A stretch of DNA of 64,000 nucleotides from contig CAVSNY010000007.1 in the NCBI GenBank assembly GCA_963729605.1, positions 320,001 through 384,000 of the forward strand, given 5' to 3'. The notes beneath the pieces were generated by a model that saw only the letters and a program-made list of their open reading frames with translations, was not told the origin of the DNA and searched no databases. This document shows positions 8,403 to 17,995 of the stretch, piece by piece. How positions within the stretch are numbered: position 1 is the first letter of the stretch; every line of letters starts with the position of its first letter. The position numbers and the translations under genes were made by a program. This DNA comes from an uncultured Gammaproteobacteria bacterium. Lineage in GTDB: Bacteria; Pseudomonadota; Gammaproteobacteria; DRLM01.

Positions 8403-8523
8403 ACAAGGGTCGATAAGGAATTGCTAGTTTTATACGGCCCAATGAAAAAGTGTCACCACCTCGTTGCGCGGACCGTCCAAGTATCTTGATACCTCATACG
8501 CTTGCGGCGGGATGATTTATCAA

Positions 8524-8913
8524 TCATCCACCGCCAAAAATCACCCCGCTCAAATCCACGTCGCGGAGGTCGGCCATTTTGATGCCGGCTTCGTCGATGT
8601 GCGCGCCGGTGAGGTTGGCGCCGGCGAGTTTGGCGCCCAGCCATTTCGCGCCGCGTAAACGCGCGCCGCTCAAGTCGGCGCCGCTGAAGTTGGCGGCGTT
8701 CAAGTCGGCGCGTTCGAGATTGGCGCCTCGCAGGTTGGCCAGCCGCGCATCGGCGTCGCGCAGATTGGCGCCGCTGAGGTTGACGCCGCTGAGGTCGAGC
8801 TCGACCAGATTGGCGTCGAGGAATTCGACGCCGGACAGGTCGGCGCCATGCAGGCTGGTGCCGGCGTAACTCAGGAGCAGGATGAAGCCGCGGCGGTCGT
8901 AGATTTCGATCAT
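8524..8913 (-). CDS. pentapeptide repeat protein
   Basis: tandem A(D/N)LxG pentapeptides. Confidence 0.9.
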   Translation of the reverse strand: MIEIYDRRGFILLLSYAGTSLHGADLSGVEFLDANLVELDLSGVNLSGANLRDADARLANLRGANLERADLNAANFSGADLSGARLRGAKWLGAKLAGANLTGAHIDEAGIKMADLRDVDLSGVIFGGG

Positions 8914-8947
8914 GATGGTGATGGATTCTCTGAGGGGTGGGATGATT

Positions 8948-9823
8948 CTAAGCGTATTCGCCGATGAAGTTGAGATCGGTGTGGCCGCATTTGCGGCCGG
9001 CCAGACGGCAGGCGGTTTCCAGTGCCTCGGCGAGCGTCAGACGGCGGACGAGGGCGTCGATGATGCCGGCGTTGAAGGTGTCGCCCGCGCCCAGGGTGTC
9101 GACGACCCGCGGCGGTGGAAAGGCCGGGCTGTGGATTAATTGGCCCCCGCGACTGAGGGCCCAGGCGCCGGCCGCGCCCCAGGCCAGGACCAGGTCGGCC
9201 TGCGGCGCGCGGCGGTGCATGTCGTGTAGAAACCGCGCGGGTTCTCCGCCGGCTTGGGCTTGCACGTAGGCGCGGGAGAACAAGAGGAGGGTGGCCAGCG
9301 GGAAGAGTTGTTCGATGCCGGGACGCGGTTTTTCGATCTCCACCGAGCGCGGGGTTTGCGGGCGGGTGACGCGGGCCAGTTCGAGCATGCGGGCGGTGTC
9401 GGCGATGTTGCGGCCTTCGAAATGCAGCCAATCGAAGCCGGCGAGATCGACGGTTTGAAAATCTTCGTAGCGGTATTCCGGCAAATCGCGGTAGTGCACG
9501 ATGGTGCGCGAGCCGTTTTGTTGATTCAGCGTGATGTAGGAGGTGGGGACTTTGCCGTGGGCGAGGCGTCGCACCGGGCCGAGGTCGATGCCGAAGCCGT
9601 TCAAGTCGTCGGTGATGCGCGTGGCGTCGGACTCGTCGGCCAGCACGCCGCCCCAGGCACAGTCATGGCCGAGCTGGCTGAGCACCACCAGGCTGTTGGT
9701 GCAGTTGCCGCCGCGGCGCACGCGCTGCGCCAGGGCGCGCACCTCGGTGTCCTCCGGCGGGTAGGCGGCGACGGTGTTGATGATGTCGAGAGTGGCGATG
9801 CCGACGCCGAGGATGTGGGCCAT
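8948..9823 (-). CDS. PfkB family carbohydrate kinase (ketohexokinase-like)
   Basis: RRGGNCTNS, WLHFEGRN and DTLGAGDTFN motifs. Confidence 0.9.
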   Translation of the reverse strand: MAHILGVGIATLDIINTVAAYPPEDTEVRALAQRVRRGGNCTNSLVVLSQLGHDCAWGGVLADESDATRITDDLNGFGIDLGPVRRLAHGKVPTSYITLNQQNGSRTIVHYRDLPEYRYEDFQTVDLAGFDWLHFEGRNIADTARMLELARVTRPQTPRSVEIEKPRPGIEQLFPLATLLLFSRAYVQAQAGGEPARFLHDMHRRAPQADLVLAWGAAGAWALSRGGQLIHSPAFPPPRVVDTLGAGDTFNAGIIDALVRRLTLAEALETACRLAGRKCGHTDLNFIGEYA

Positions 9824-9826
9824 GGC

Positions 9827-10138
9827 TCAGTCGGGTTTCTTGGGCCTGTCCCGGCGCATGACGGCCAGGGGCATGACCGTGATATTGATGACGTTGAGGA
9901 TGATCCAGACCACGGCCATGTAAAAAAAATGTATCTTGTTGCCGGTGAAGTGGTACATCCCGAAAAACCAGATCACGTTCCAGGTGTGGAAGAAATACAG
10001 GATGGCGAGCGGGATGGGGTAGGCGCAGAGTTTGGCGCCGCAGTCGGAACAGTAGATGTTTTGCCACAGACCGGTCAGGAATTTCTCCTTTACTGAAATG
10101 GTCATCTCATTGCAGCGCGGGCATTGATAAGTTGACAT
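9827..10138 (-). CDS. hypothetical zinc-ribbon membrane protein
   Basis: CPRC...CSDC followed by hydrophobic helices; abuts the kinase gene. Confidence 0.7.
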   Translation of the reverse strand: MSTYQCPRCNEMTISVKEKFLTGLWQNIYCSDCGAKLCAYPIPLAILYFFHTWNVIWFFGMYHFTGNKIHFFYMAVVWIILNVINITVMPLAVMRRDRPKKPD

Positions 10139-10260
10139 GGCGCGGGCCGGTCTCCGGGTAAAGTGCTAAAGACTAGCATACTGCGTTTCCGGCGTGGGGT
10201 GGCGCGGATAAACCTGTTAAAATGCCGCTCTACTTTCATAGTCGCGAGATGTAGCAAGCC

Positions 10261-10803
10261 ATGTTGCGCGTTCAACGCTGTTTATGGGTCGTACTGTTCA
10301 GTCTGGTGCTGGCGGCCTGCGATAAAAATACCCCTTTGATGGAGAAAGTGATAGCCGACGACCGGTCCGGGGCGGCCGTGCTGCTGGACGGCGGCGCGGC
10401 GGTGGATGAGCGCAATAATTACGGCTGGACCGCCTTGAGCCACGCCGCGCGGATGGGCCACACCGAATTGGCGGCGCTGTTGCTGGACCGCGGCGCGGAC
10501 GTGAATGCCAAGGACGATTCGGGCTGGACGCCCTTGATGCGGGCCGCCATGAAGGGGCATGCGTCTACCGTGGAGTTGTTGCTCGAACGCGGCGCGGTGG
10601 CCGATCAAGCCGACCGCAATGACTGGGCCGCGTTGCATTGGGCCACCTCGGGCGGCCACCGTGAGGTGGTGGTGGCATTGATGAAGCACGGCGCGAATAT
10701 CACGGCTCGCACCAAGGACGGCTGGACGCCGATGATGCTGGCCAGCAAAGAGAACTGGGAAGACATAGCGCAGCTGTTGCATCAGGCCGGCGCTAGAAAA
10801 TAG
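10261..10803 (+). CDS. ankyrin repeat lipoprotein
   Basis: LAAC lipobox; GWTAL/GWTPL ankyrin repeats. Confidence 0.9.
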   Translation: MLRVQRCLWVVLFSLVLAACDKNTPLMEKVIADDRSGAAVLLDGGAAVDERNNYGWTALSHAARMGHTELAALLLDRGADVNAKDDSGWTPLMRAAMKGHASTVELLLERGAVADQADRNDWAALHWATSGGHREVVVALMKHGANITARTKDGWTPMMLASKENWEDIAQLLHQAGARK

Positions 10804-10824
10804 CCGAAGACTAGGGAGTGAGAC

Positions 10825-11238
10825 ATGTCGATAAGTAAATTGATACAGGTGTTCATGCTGGCCCTGCTGGTGACGGCCTGCGGTGGAGGCGATAAGGGCG
10901 GGGTACCGGCGCCGATCGGCGATCAGGCGACCTTGGAGAAGCTGGCCGCCAGTTACGAGGCCATCGTCGAGAAGATGCCGGGCAATCCCTGGATGTTGCC
11001 GCCCAAGGATCGCAAGCGTTTCGTGGAGCAGGTATTCTCCGACAGCGGGTATCACTACGGCACGACCTTGCGCCAATTGGCGCAGGGCGGCTGGGAGACG
11101 CAGGATCAAAATTCCAAGGATTTGGTCGAGCTGGTGCTGATGCCGACCGCGAACCTGGGTCCGGATCAGACCATCGATGGGGTTTATAGCGAGGAGGAGT
11201 TGGCGGCGGTCCGCAAGCTCCAGGCGATATTGCGATAG
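10825..11238 (+). CDS. hypothetical lipoprotein
   Basis: VTAC lipobox, good RBS, operonic position. Confidence 0.75.
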   Translation: MSISKLIQVFMLALLVTACGGGDKGGVPAPIGDQATLEKLAASYEAIVEKMPGNPWMLPPKDRKRFVEQVFSDSGYHYGTTLRQLAQGGWETQDQNSKDLVELVLMPTANLGPDQTIDGVYSEEELAAVRKLQAILR

Positions 11239-11248
11239 GTGCGCCGCC

Positions 11249-11944
11249 ATGCCGCCGCTGATCCTGCGCCACGCCCACCCCTGGAACGTCAGCCCCGCCG
11301 AGGCCGTCGCCTTGCAGCAGCGTTTGCGCAACGAGGTGATCACCCACGATGAGCTGGGCAAGGTGCGGCGGGTGGCGGGGGTGGATGTGGGGTTCGAGGA
11401 ACAGGGACGGATTACCCGCGCCGCGGTGGTGGTGTTGTCTTTCCCTGACCTGGTGATGCGGGAACAGATCATCGCCCGCCGGCCCACCGAGTTTCCCTAC
11501 GTGCCGGGCCTGTTGTCGTTCCGCGAGGTGCCGGCGGCGCTGGAGGCCTTGGCGCAATTGGCGGAGTTGCCCGACCTGGTGTTGTGCGACGGCCACGGCA
11601 TCGCCCATCCCCGCCGGTTGGGCATCGCCTCCCATCTCGGGGTGTTGAGCGGATTACCGACCATCGGGGTGGCCAAGAGCCGCTTGGTGGGCGTGCACCC
11701 TCCGCTGGCGGAGGAAAAGGGCGCGGCGGTCGAATTGTATGATCGCCGTGAACTGGTGGGCAAGGTGCTGCGCACCCGCGGCCATGTGCGGCCGCTGTAT
11801 ATTTCATCCGGTCACCGGGTGAGTCTGGATACCGCCCTGGATTATGTGATGCGCTGCGTCACCCGTTATCGTCTACCTGAACCCACCCGTCAGGCCGACA
11901 AGCTGGCCTCGGCGGTGAGCCGCGCCAGACCCCGTGGCGCCTGA
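11249..11944 (+). CDS. nfi: endonuclease V
   Basis: [42 protein letters not shown]. Confidence 0.95.
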   Translation: MPPLILRHAHPWNVSPAEAVALQQRLRNEVITHDELGKVRRVAGVDVGFEEQGRITRAAVVVLSFPDLVMREQIIARRPTEFPYVPGLLSFREVPAALEALAQLAELPDLVLCDGHGIAHPRRLGIASHLGVLSGLPTIGVAKSRLVGVHPPLAEEKGAAVELYDRRELVGKVLRTRGHVRPLYISSGHRVSLDTALDYVMRCVTRYRLPEPTRQADKLASAVSRARPRGA

Positions 11945-12253
11945 CGCGGTGATTTTCGAGGCGGGTTCGCGCCGTGCGCGGGCGCTGCGTGCGAACTTAA
12001 AATGGCGTGTCGTGAATCAACAATGGAAATCTCCCTCCTCAAAAGAGGATGAGCGTGATGAAGCAGTTTGATTTTTTCATCGCGGGGCAAATCGTCCAGG
12101 CATGGCGAAGCCCTGCACCGGGATGGCGCAAGGTGCTTAGACCGGACAGGCGCCGGTGATGTGTCGTTCCATGCCGCATGGAAGTAAGACATGAATTGCC
12201 GCCGTCATCCCGGTTCGACGGCCGCTGCATACGGGCATTAACAGAGTGATGTC

Positions 12254-13198
12254 ATGAAGTATTTTCTCGTTCGCGGCTGGATTTTCGGAGCGTTGGCGAG
12301 CCTCGGCGCGGCGGCGGCCTGGGCCGCGCCGGTTACCGAAGGCATGGTGCGGATTCCCGCCGGACCGTTTTTGATGGGCACCTCGCGCGACGATTCCCGC
12401 CAGCAGATACAGGAGTTCGGCGCGATCAAGCCTTGGTATGTCGACGAAAGGCCGCAGCGAAAAATTACTCTGCCGGCCTTTTGGATAGATCGATATGAAG
12501 TCACCAACGCGGAGTACCGCGAGTTTGTCCGGCAAACCAATTATTGGGTGCCGCCGTCGTGGCGCGACAACGGTTATTTATTGAATCCGGACCTCTTGCG
12601 GATGGCCGATCTGCCGACCCTGCGCCGGCTCGCCAGCGATACTTTTAAAATCGACGCCAACACCGAATTGATGGATAGCGAGGCGCTGTTGCGGGCCATT
12701 GCGCTGGCGCAAGCTAAGTTCGATTCCTTGCCGGTGACGATGGTGGATTGGGGCAACGCCAACGATTATTGCCGTTGGCGGGGCAAGCGTTTGCCCGCCG
12801 AGGCGGAGTGGGAAAAGGCGGCGCGCGGCGACGACGGCCGCGAATACCCCTGGGGTGATCAATGGGATTCGACGCGTTTGAACGCCAGCGGCGGCGATCG
12901 CTGGGACACCGGCACCGCGCCGGTGGGTTCCTATCCCAAGGGTGTTTCGCCCTATGGGGTATTCGATATGGCGGGCAACGTAATGGAGTGGGTGCAGGAT
13001 TGGTATGGACCCTATCCCGGCAATAAATATCAAACGTCCGCCTACGGCAAAAAATACAAGGTGGTGCGCGGCGGCGGCTGGGGCGGGATGGGACATTACA
13101 CGCTCGCCCAGTTTTATCGCAGCGCCTACCGACTTTACATGCAGCCGGGATCGCTGTTCGTCGATGTGGGTTTCCGCTGCGCCAAGGACGACGGCTGA
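12254..13198 (+). CDS. formylglycine-generating enzyme (FGE/SUMF1) family exported protein
   Basis: signal peptide, EVTNAEY, RLPAEAEWEKAARG, DMAGNVMEW, GFRCA. Confidence 0.9.
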   Translation: MKYFLVRGWIFGALASLGAAAAWAAPVTEGMVRIPAGPFLMGTSRDDSRQQIQEFGAIKPWYVDERPQRKITLPAFWIDRYEVTNAEYREFVRQTNYWVPPSWRDNGYLLNPDLLRMADLPTLRRLASDTFKIDANTELMDSEALLRAIALAQAKFDSLPVTMVDWGNANDYCRWRGKRLPAEAEWEKAARGDDGREYPWGDQWDSTRLNASGGDRWDTGTAPVGSYPKGVSPYGVFDMAGNVMEWVQDWYGPYPGNKYQTSAYGKKYKVVRGGGWGGMGHYTLAQFYRSAYRLYMQPGSLFVDVGFRCAKDDG

Positions 13199-13342
13199 CG
13201 CTGAGGGGAATGTCGCGCGCGGGGTCTTGGCTCATGACGGGCGCGGCGACCGCCGCGTCGCCGAGCCTGTAAATATCCAATCACGCTTGAAACTCGGCGC
13301 GCCCGTATTGTGGTGCGCGCCAGCGCATTTTCAGCGGGCGGG

Positions 13343-14188
13343 TTAATCGTTCGCAGGGCGCGGCCAGCCGTGCAGATGGGCTTCGTCGCGGGCCTTGAGG
13401 CGATCGTCCCGCAGAGTCAACGCACGGCTGATTCGGTCGCGCAGAATCACCGCGTTATAGGGTTTGACCACGAAATCGTCGGCGCCCAAATTCTTGCAGC
13501 GTTCCAGGTTGACGTTGTCGCCCAAGGCCGAGACCATGATCACCGGCACATCGCGCCAGACTGGGCGGGCGCGAACGGCCTGCAACAACTCGCAGCCGTC
13601 CATGTTCGGCATCATGATGTCCAGCAAGATCAAATCGACGACGCGTTGTTCGAGCAGGGCGAGCGCCTCGCCGCCGCTGGCGGCGACCAGCGGCGTATGG
13701 CCGAGTTTCCTGACCCGCCGCGTCAACAAATCGCGATTGAATGCGTCGTCCTCCACGATCAAGATGCCGCGTGGCGGGTGCTCGGCCTCATCGATCTGCC
13801 GGCTTAATTTCAACTCGAAGAGACAGCGCCACATGCGGGCCTTGAGCAGAGGGAATTCGCAAGGTTTGACGATGTAATCGTAAGCCCCGAGGGTTTGGCA
13901 GCGATCGGCGCTGGATTTGTCATCGACGGCGCTGAACATGATGACCGCGGTGTCGTGCAGCCGCGAATCGTTTTTTATTTTAAGCAATACCTGATAACCA
14001 TCCATCCCCGGCATCATGATGTCGAGCAGGATCAAATCGTAGCGTTCCACTTCCAGCATGTTTAACGCTTGATGGCCGTCGGCGGCGTATTCGACGGTAT
14101 AACCTTCGCGCAGCAGCCGGCGGCTGAGGATGTCGCGATTGGATTCTTCATCGTCAACGATCAAGATGGATGTGTTGGTATGGCCCAT
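13343..14188 (-). CDS. response regulator with two tandem receiver domains
   Basis: two ILIV(D/E)D...LLDIMMP...KP modules, no output domain. Confidence 0.9.
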   Translation of the reverse strand: MGHTNTSILIVDDEESNRDILSRRLLREGYTVEYAADGHQALNMLEVERYDLILLDIMMPGMDGYQVLLKIKNDSRLHDTAVIMFSAVDDKSSADRCQTLGAYDYIVKPCEFPLLKARMWRCLFELKLSRQIDEAEHPPRGILIVEDDAFNRDLLTRRVRKLGHTPLVAASGGEALALLEQRVVDLILLDIMMPNMDGCELLQAVRARPVWRDVPVIMVSALGDNVNLERCKNLGADDFVVKPYNAVILRDRISRALTLRDDRLKARDEAHLHGWPRPAND

Positions 14189-14369
14189 ACTATTTCTTAA
14201 TCAGGATTTCGGTCGGCATGGCGGCGGTCGTTGCTTGTATAGCGGCGGGGATCATGAAGAATTGATCGGCGGCCGACATAAATACTCAAGTAGGGTTTTT
14301 GACTTTTTTGCTCCGGATTGACGCGGCTCGTGCCCCGGGTCAGCGTAGTTTCTTTAGAAACGGGGGTTT

Positions 14370-15170
14370 ATGAATAAGGACATCTTTTCCGGCAAGACTT
14401 CGTTGAGGGTGCGGGCCTTGTTTTTGGGCGGACGGCTCGACCTCAAGGGTTTGGAATCGAGCCGCTTATTGCCGGCCTTGCCCCTGCTCATCAACGTGGG
14501 AGACCAAGGTTGCGCGGTGTTGTTCCGTTACGGCGCGGTGGTGGTGTTTAATCTCACGCCCATGGAAGAGCTGTCTTTTCTCACCCATCTTCAATCCTTG
14601 TTGCGCGATCCTTTCGACACGCCCGACAGTGAAATGGCGGAGTTGCTCATCAATCCGGCCACCGATGAACAAGTGGAGAACAGTGTCATCTCCGTCAAGG
14701 ATGCCCGCCTGGAACGTTTGCAGGTGGTGGCGGATATCCTGGCCAAGTCGGTGGTGTTGGATCATTACGAAAAACGGGTGGCCGGCGTGTTCGATCGCAT
14801 CGAACCGCTGGCGGAGCGCCTGCAACGCAAGGGGCGCACCGAATACCGCGATAGCGAGTTGTTGCGCCACATCGGCGGCACCTTGCTCATACAGCACACC
14901 ACCGTGGGCCGCGTCGAGGTGGATGAAAAACCGGAGACGCTGTGGGAGCGGCCGGATCTGGAACGGGTTTACGTGCGTCTCGAAGACGAGTACGAACTCA
15001 AGGAGCGTCATCTCGCGCTGGAACGCAAGCTGGAGTTGATCTCGCGCACCGCCGAGACCTTGCTCAATTTGCTGCAACACCGCCGCAGTCTGCGCGTCGA
15101 GTGGTATATCGTGATCCTGATCCTGTTCGATATCGTGCTCAATCTCTTCGATAAGTTTTTATTCCGCTAA
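14370..15170 (+). CDS. RMD1/YagE (DUF155) family protein
   Basis: VLFRYGAVVVF, LAKSVVLDHYE, EWYIVILI. Confidence 0.9.
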   Translation: MNKDIFSGKTSLRVRALFLGGRLDLKGLESSRLLPALPLLINVGDQGCAVLFRYGAVVVFNLTPMEELSFLTHLQSLLRDPFDTPDSEMAELLINPATDEQVENSVISVKDARLERLQVVADILAKSVVLDHYEKRVAGVFDRIEPLAERLQRKGRTEYRDSELLRHIGGTLLIQHTTVGRVEVDEKPETLWERPDLERVYVRLEDEYELKERHLALERKLELISRTAETLLNLLQHRRSLRVEWYIVILILFDIVLNLFDKFLFR

Positions 15171-15505
15171 ACCGCCGCCGGGTATGCCCGGTTGAATTTG
15201 GCGGCGAGGATGAAATCGTTTTCGTGCAGGCCTTTTATCTTGTGGGTGTAGAGCGTCACGGTGCAGTAGCCCCAGCCGAAACCGATGTCGGGGTGATGGC
15301 CTTCGCTTTCCGCGATCCGCCCCAGCGCATTGACGAAGGCCAGCGCCTCGGCGAAATTCTTGAAGGGGTAAGTGCGTTGAATCCGGGTGGCGTCGTTCGT
15401 CAAGAGCCAGCCGGGGGTGTCGCGCAGCAGCGTCTCCGCCTGGGTGCGGTCCAGCGGGGCGATGCCGCCTTGGCAGGGCGTGCATTTTTTGTCCGATAAT
15501 GACAT
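15167..15505 (-). CDS. phhB: pterin-4-alpha-carbinolamine dehydratase
   Basis: CTPCQGG, EGHHPD, THKIKGLHENDFILAAK. Confidence 0.9.
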   Translation of the reverse strand: MSLSDKKCTPCQGGIAPLDRTQAETLLRDTPGWLLTNDATRIQRTYPFKNFAEALAFVNALGRIAESEGHHPDIGFGWGYCTVTLYTHKIKGLHENDFILAAKFNRAYPAAV

Positions 15506-15706
15506 GGCTGATTCTCCGGCGAAAATATAACAAAGGATGCCGCGCAAGCCCGCGGTACGGTGCGGTAGAGTATGCCAGGCCGCGGAGGGCGACGGCGCGC
15601 TTCATGGGCTACACTTGAAATAGTAGATGATTTTCCGGCGGCCGCCGCGGGCTGTGTTGTTCGTCCCGGCGCCGCGCCCTCGCCGTTCCGGGAACAGGAG
15701 GATTTT

Positions 15707-16300
15707 ATGCCTCAAGCTTACGCGTCTCTCACCCCGACTCGTTTATCGCCCCGCGTGACCTGCGCCAGGCCGGCGCTGCCGTCCAAACAGGTGACCGCCG
15801 ACAGTCCCGCCGTGGAGGTCATGACCGATTTGCAACGGGTGACGGCCGTCACCATCACGCCCGGCGCCAGCATCGATCTCGCCAATCAACGCATGATCGC
15901 CGGTGGCGTGCGGCTGCTGCTGGTGTTGGACGAAGAGAAAAACGTCATCGGTTTGATCACCGCCAGCGACATACTCGGCGAGAAACCGCTGCAACATCTG
16001 CGCAAGCGGGGCGGCACCTTCAACGATGTGCTGGTGCATGACATCATGACTCCGCAGGACCAGCTCGAGGTGTTGTTGCTGTACGACGTGCTCAATGCGC
16101 GGGTCGGCGATATCGTCGCCACCCTCACCCGCTTCGGCCGCCAGCACGCCTTGGTGGTGGAGCAGGATGGCCGCGACGGTGTGCAAAAACTGCGCGGTAT
16201 TTTTTCCGCCACGCAAATCGGCCGGCAACTGGGCACGGACGTGGTGACCACCGAGATCGCCACCACCTTCGCCGCGCTGGAGGCGGCATTGGGACCGTGA
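15707..16300 (+). CDS. CBS domain-containing protein
   Basis: VMTD...GVRLLLV...GLITASD...DIMTP...GIFSATQI; AGGAGG RBS. Confidence 0.85.
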   Translation: MPQAYASLTPTRLSPRVTCARPALPSKQVTADSPAVEVMTDLQRVTAVTITPGASIDLANQRMIAGGVRLLLVLDEEKNVIGLITASDILGEKPLQHLRKRGGTFNDVLVHDIMTPQDQLEVLLLYDVLNARVGDIVATLTRFGRQHALVVEQDGRDGVQKLRGIFSATQIGRQLGTDVVTTEIATTFAALEAALGP

Positions 16301-16384
16301 TTCGCGCGGCGTATTGACGGAACCGACGAGTGATCGAGAAAACCGGCGGGGCTGCCCGGCCCCGCCGGATAAGCATGGAATTAA

Positions 16385-16534
16385 GTAAGCTCTGAATAAT
16401 TCCATCCTGGAATTTTCAGCGCGCGGGAAAGTGAAAATGTGATTTTCGCTCCCCTTCATTTTCAATGGCTGACGCCATCGAAAATGGCGGCACATCCGTG
16501 TGTCGCGGGAACCTCTGAATAAATCAGAGGTTCC
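16385..16534. mobile_element. MITE (IS5-like ends), copy 1
   Basis: TTAA-GTAAGCTCTGAAT...TCAGAGGTTCC-TTAA; homologous to 27764-27910 and 50163-50240. Confidence 0.8.
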
Positions 16535-16783
16535 TTAACTGAAAGAGTGCCGCCGCAAGATGGTGTAGAGCTGATCCTTCAGTAGGGCGCGGCGCCGTTT
16601 CAGTGTGCCGAAATAGTCGTCGGATACCGGCTGGCTTTGTTGTTCCAGACCGTAAATTTTCTTGTCCGTTTCGTCGTATTCGGCGAGTAATTGCATGAAG
16701 TGCGTGTCGTTATGTTTGAGGCGGGAAATTTCCGCGTTGAATTCGGGAAATTCCTGTTCGATATCGTGACGGATGCCGTACAT
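16535..16783 (-). CDS. YdcH/DUF465 family protein
   Basis: HDIEQEFPE...THF...LKRRRALLKDQLY. Confidence 0.9.
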   Translation of the reverse strand: MYGIRHDIEQEFPEFNAEISRLKHNDTHFMQLLAEYDETDKKIYGLEQQSQPVSDDYFGTLKRRRALLKDQLYTILRRHSFS

Positions 16784-17197
16784 GTAAGTCCTCCCGTTCT
16801 TGTTGAGGATTGAGGGCCCAACGGGATGGCTGGAGTCCGTGATAAAAATGTCATTACCGGGATCGCAGCCAAGGACGTTTAGCCTGGCACGGGCGCCGCC
16901 GGCAAGTCAACCATCCCCCGCGCCGTGATATTTATCGCCTGAATTTTTAGAGGCCAAAACAAAAATCGTGATTTTAATTTTTCTCCAGTTTCCAATTACT
17001 TTCATGCTTGAAACGGTATGCGTCGCCAAGTGGAATAAAAAAATTTGGGATAAATAAATATCGCGGTTTGTAGGGAATGCAAGCTCGCTTTTATCAGTGA
17101 GCGATTGGGTCAAGCCCCGCCCTCTATTTTCTCGCGGGCTCGGGCCAAGCATGGCGGGCAATCATGAGTTTGGTTTTGACGCGATGCTGCTCACGGA

Positions 17198-17953
17198 TCA
17201 ATCGGCGCGTACATCGCGGAGCCGGTACCAGCCCAGCCCGACGAATTCGTGGAGGGCCAGCCGCGTAATGTATAAGGCGCGGGCGCTGGGCAGCCAGGCC
17301 TGCGGTTTTTTCAAATCGATGGTGGCGAAGCCGGTGGGCGCCGGGGTGACGATGAGTCCAGTGCCCGCGAAGCTCCGCATCGCGCGGGGCATATGCCAGG
17401 CGTGGGTCACGAGATAGATGTGTTGTATGCCGCGTTCGCGCAGCAAGGCTGCGCTGTTCACCGCGTTCTCCCACGTGGTGTCGCTGTGTTCTTCCGTTAG
17501 CAACACGGGAGTTTGGAAATCATTCACCGCCGCCTCCTTCAGCAAGACGGCTTCCGCGGGGGTGCGTCGATCGGGCGATCCGCCCGACATGATCAGCGGC
17601 AAGGCGGTTTGGCGGTGCAGATGCACGCCGTAACGCAGGCGTTCCAAGGCGAGGGGCGACAGGGTGTCGCCGCCGTATTCCGGCGCATCGAGGTAGCGAC
17701 CGCCGCCGAGCACCACGATGGCCTGCGCCTCGCCTCGCGCCAAGTCGGCGGGGGCGAGGGCGGGATAGGTTTGCAGCAAGCCCATGAGCGCCGTGGCGGC
17801 CGCCGGCAGGCTGGACAGATAAAGCAGGATCAGCGCGCCGGCGATCAGCCGGGTGCCCGCGCGTGGCCGGCGGCGTATCAGCCACAGGCCCGCTGCGGCG
17901 ATGATCAAAATGACGCCGGGCGGAAACAGCAGGGCTTCGATGAGCGATTTCAT
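17198..17953 (-). CDS. YdcF/DUF218 family protein
   Basis: AIVVLGGG, SGG, TWENA, LVTHAWHMPRA. Confidence 0.9.
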   Translation of the reverse strand: MKSLIEALLFPPGVILIIAAAGLWLIRRRPRAGTRLIAGALILLYLSSLPAAATALMGLLQTYPALAPADLARGEAQAIVVLGGGRYLDAPEYGGDTLSPLALERLRYGVHLHRQTALPLIMSGGSPDRRTPAEAVLLKEAAVNDFQTPVLLTEEHSDTTWENAVNSAALLRERGIQHIYLVTHAWHMPRAMRSFAGTGLIVTPAPTGFATIDLKKPQAWLPSARALYITRLALHEFVGLGWYRLRDVRAD

Positions 17954-17995
17954 GACGCGCGCCGGAAGATCGCGGCCGGCGCCGCGGGGGAATAT

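Noticed and set aside
5560-8405. Repeats as a CRISPR array
   Set aside because: Units are 70-160 bp, separated by whole genes, and no cas genes are present.
16885-16900. TGGCACG as a sigma-54 promoter
   Set aside because: The -12 TTGC is absent and there is no downstream plus-strand gene.
17047-17059. GGGATAAATAAAT match to the element end motif
   Set aside because: Only 13 bp in an AT-rich tract, lacking the CTGTCCC part and any attI-like neighbour.
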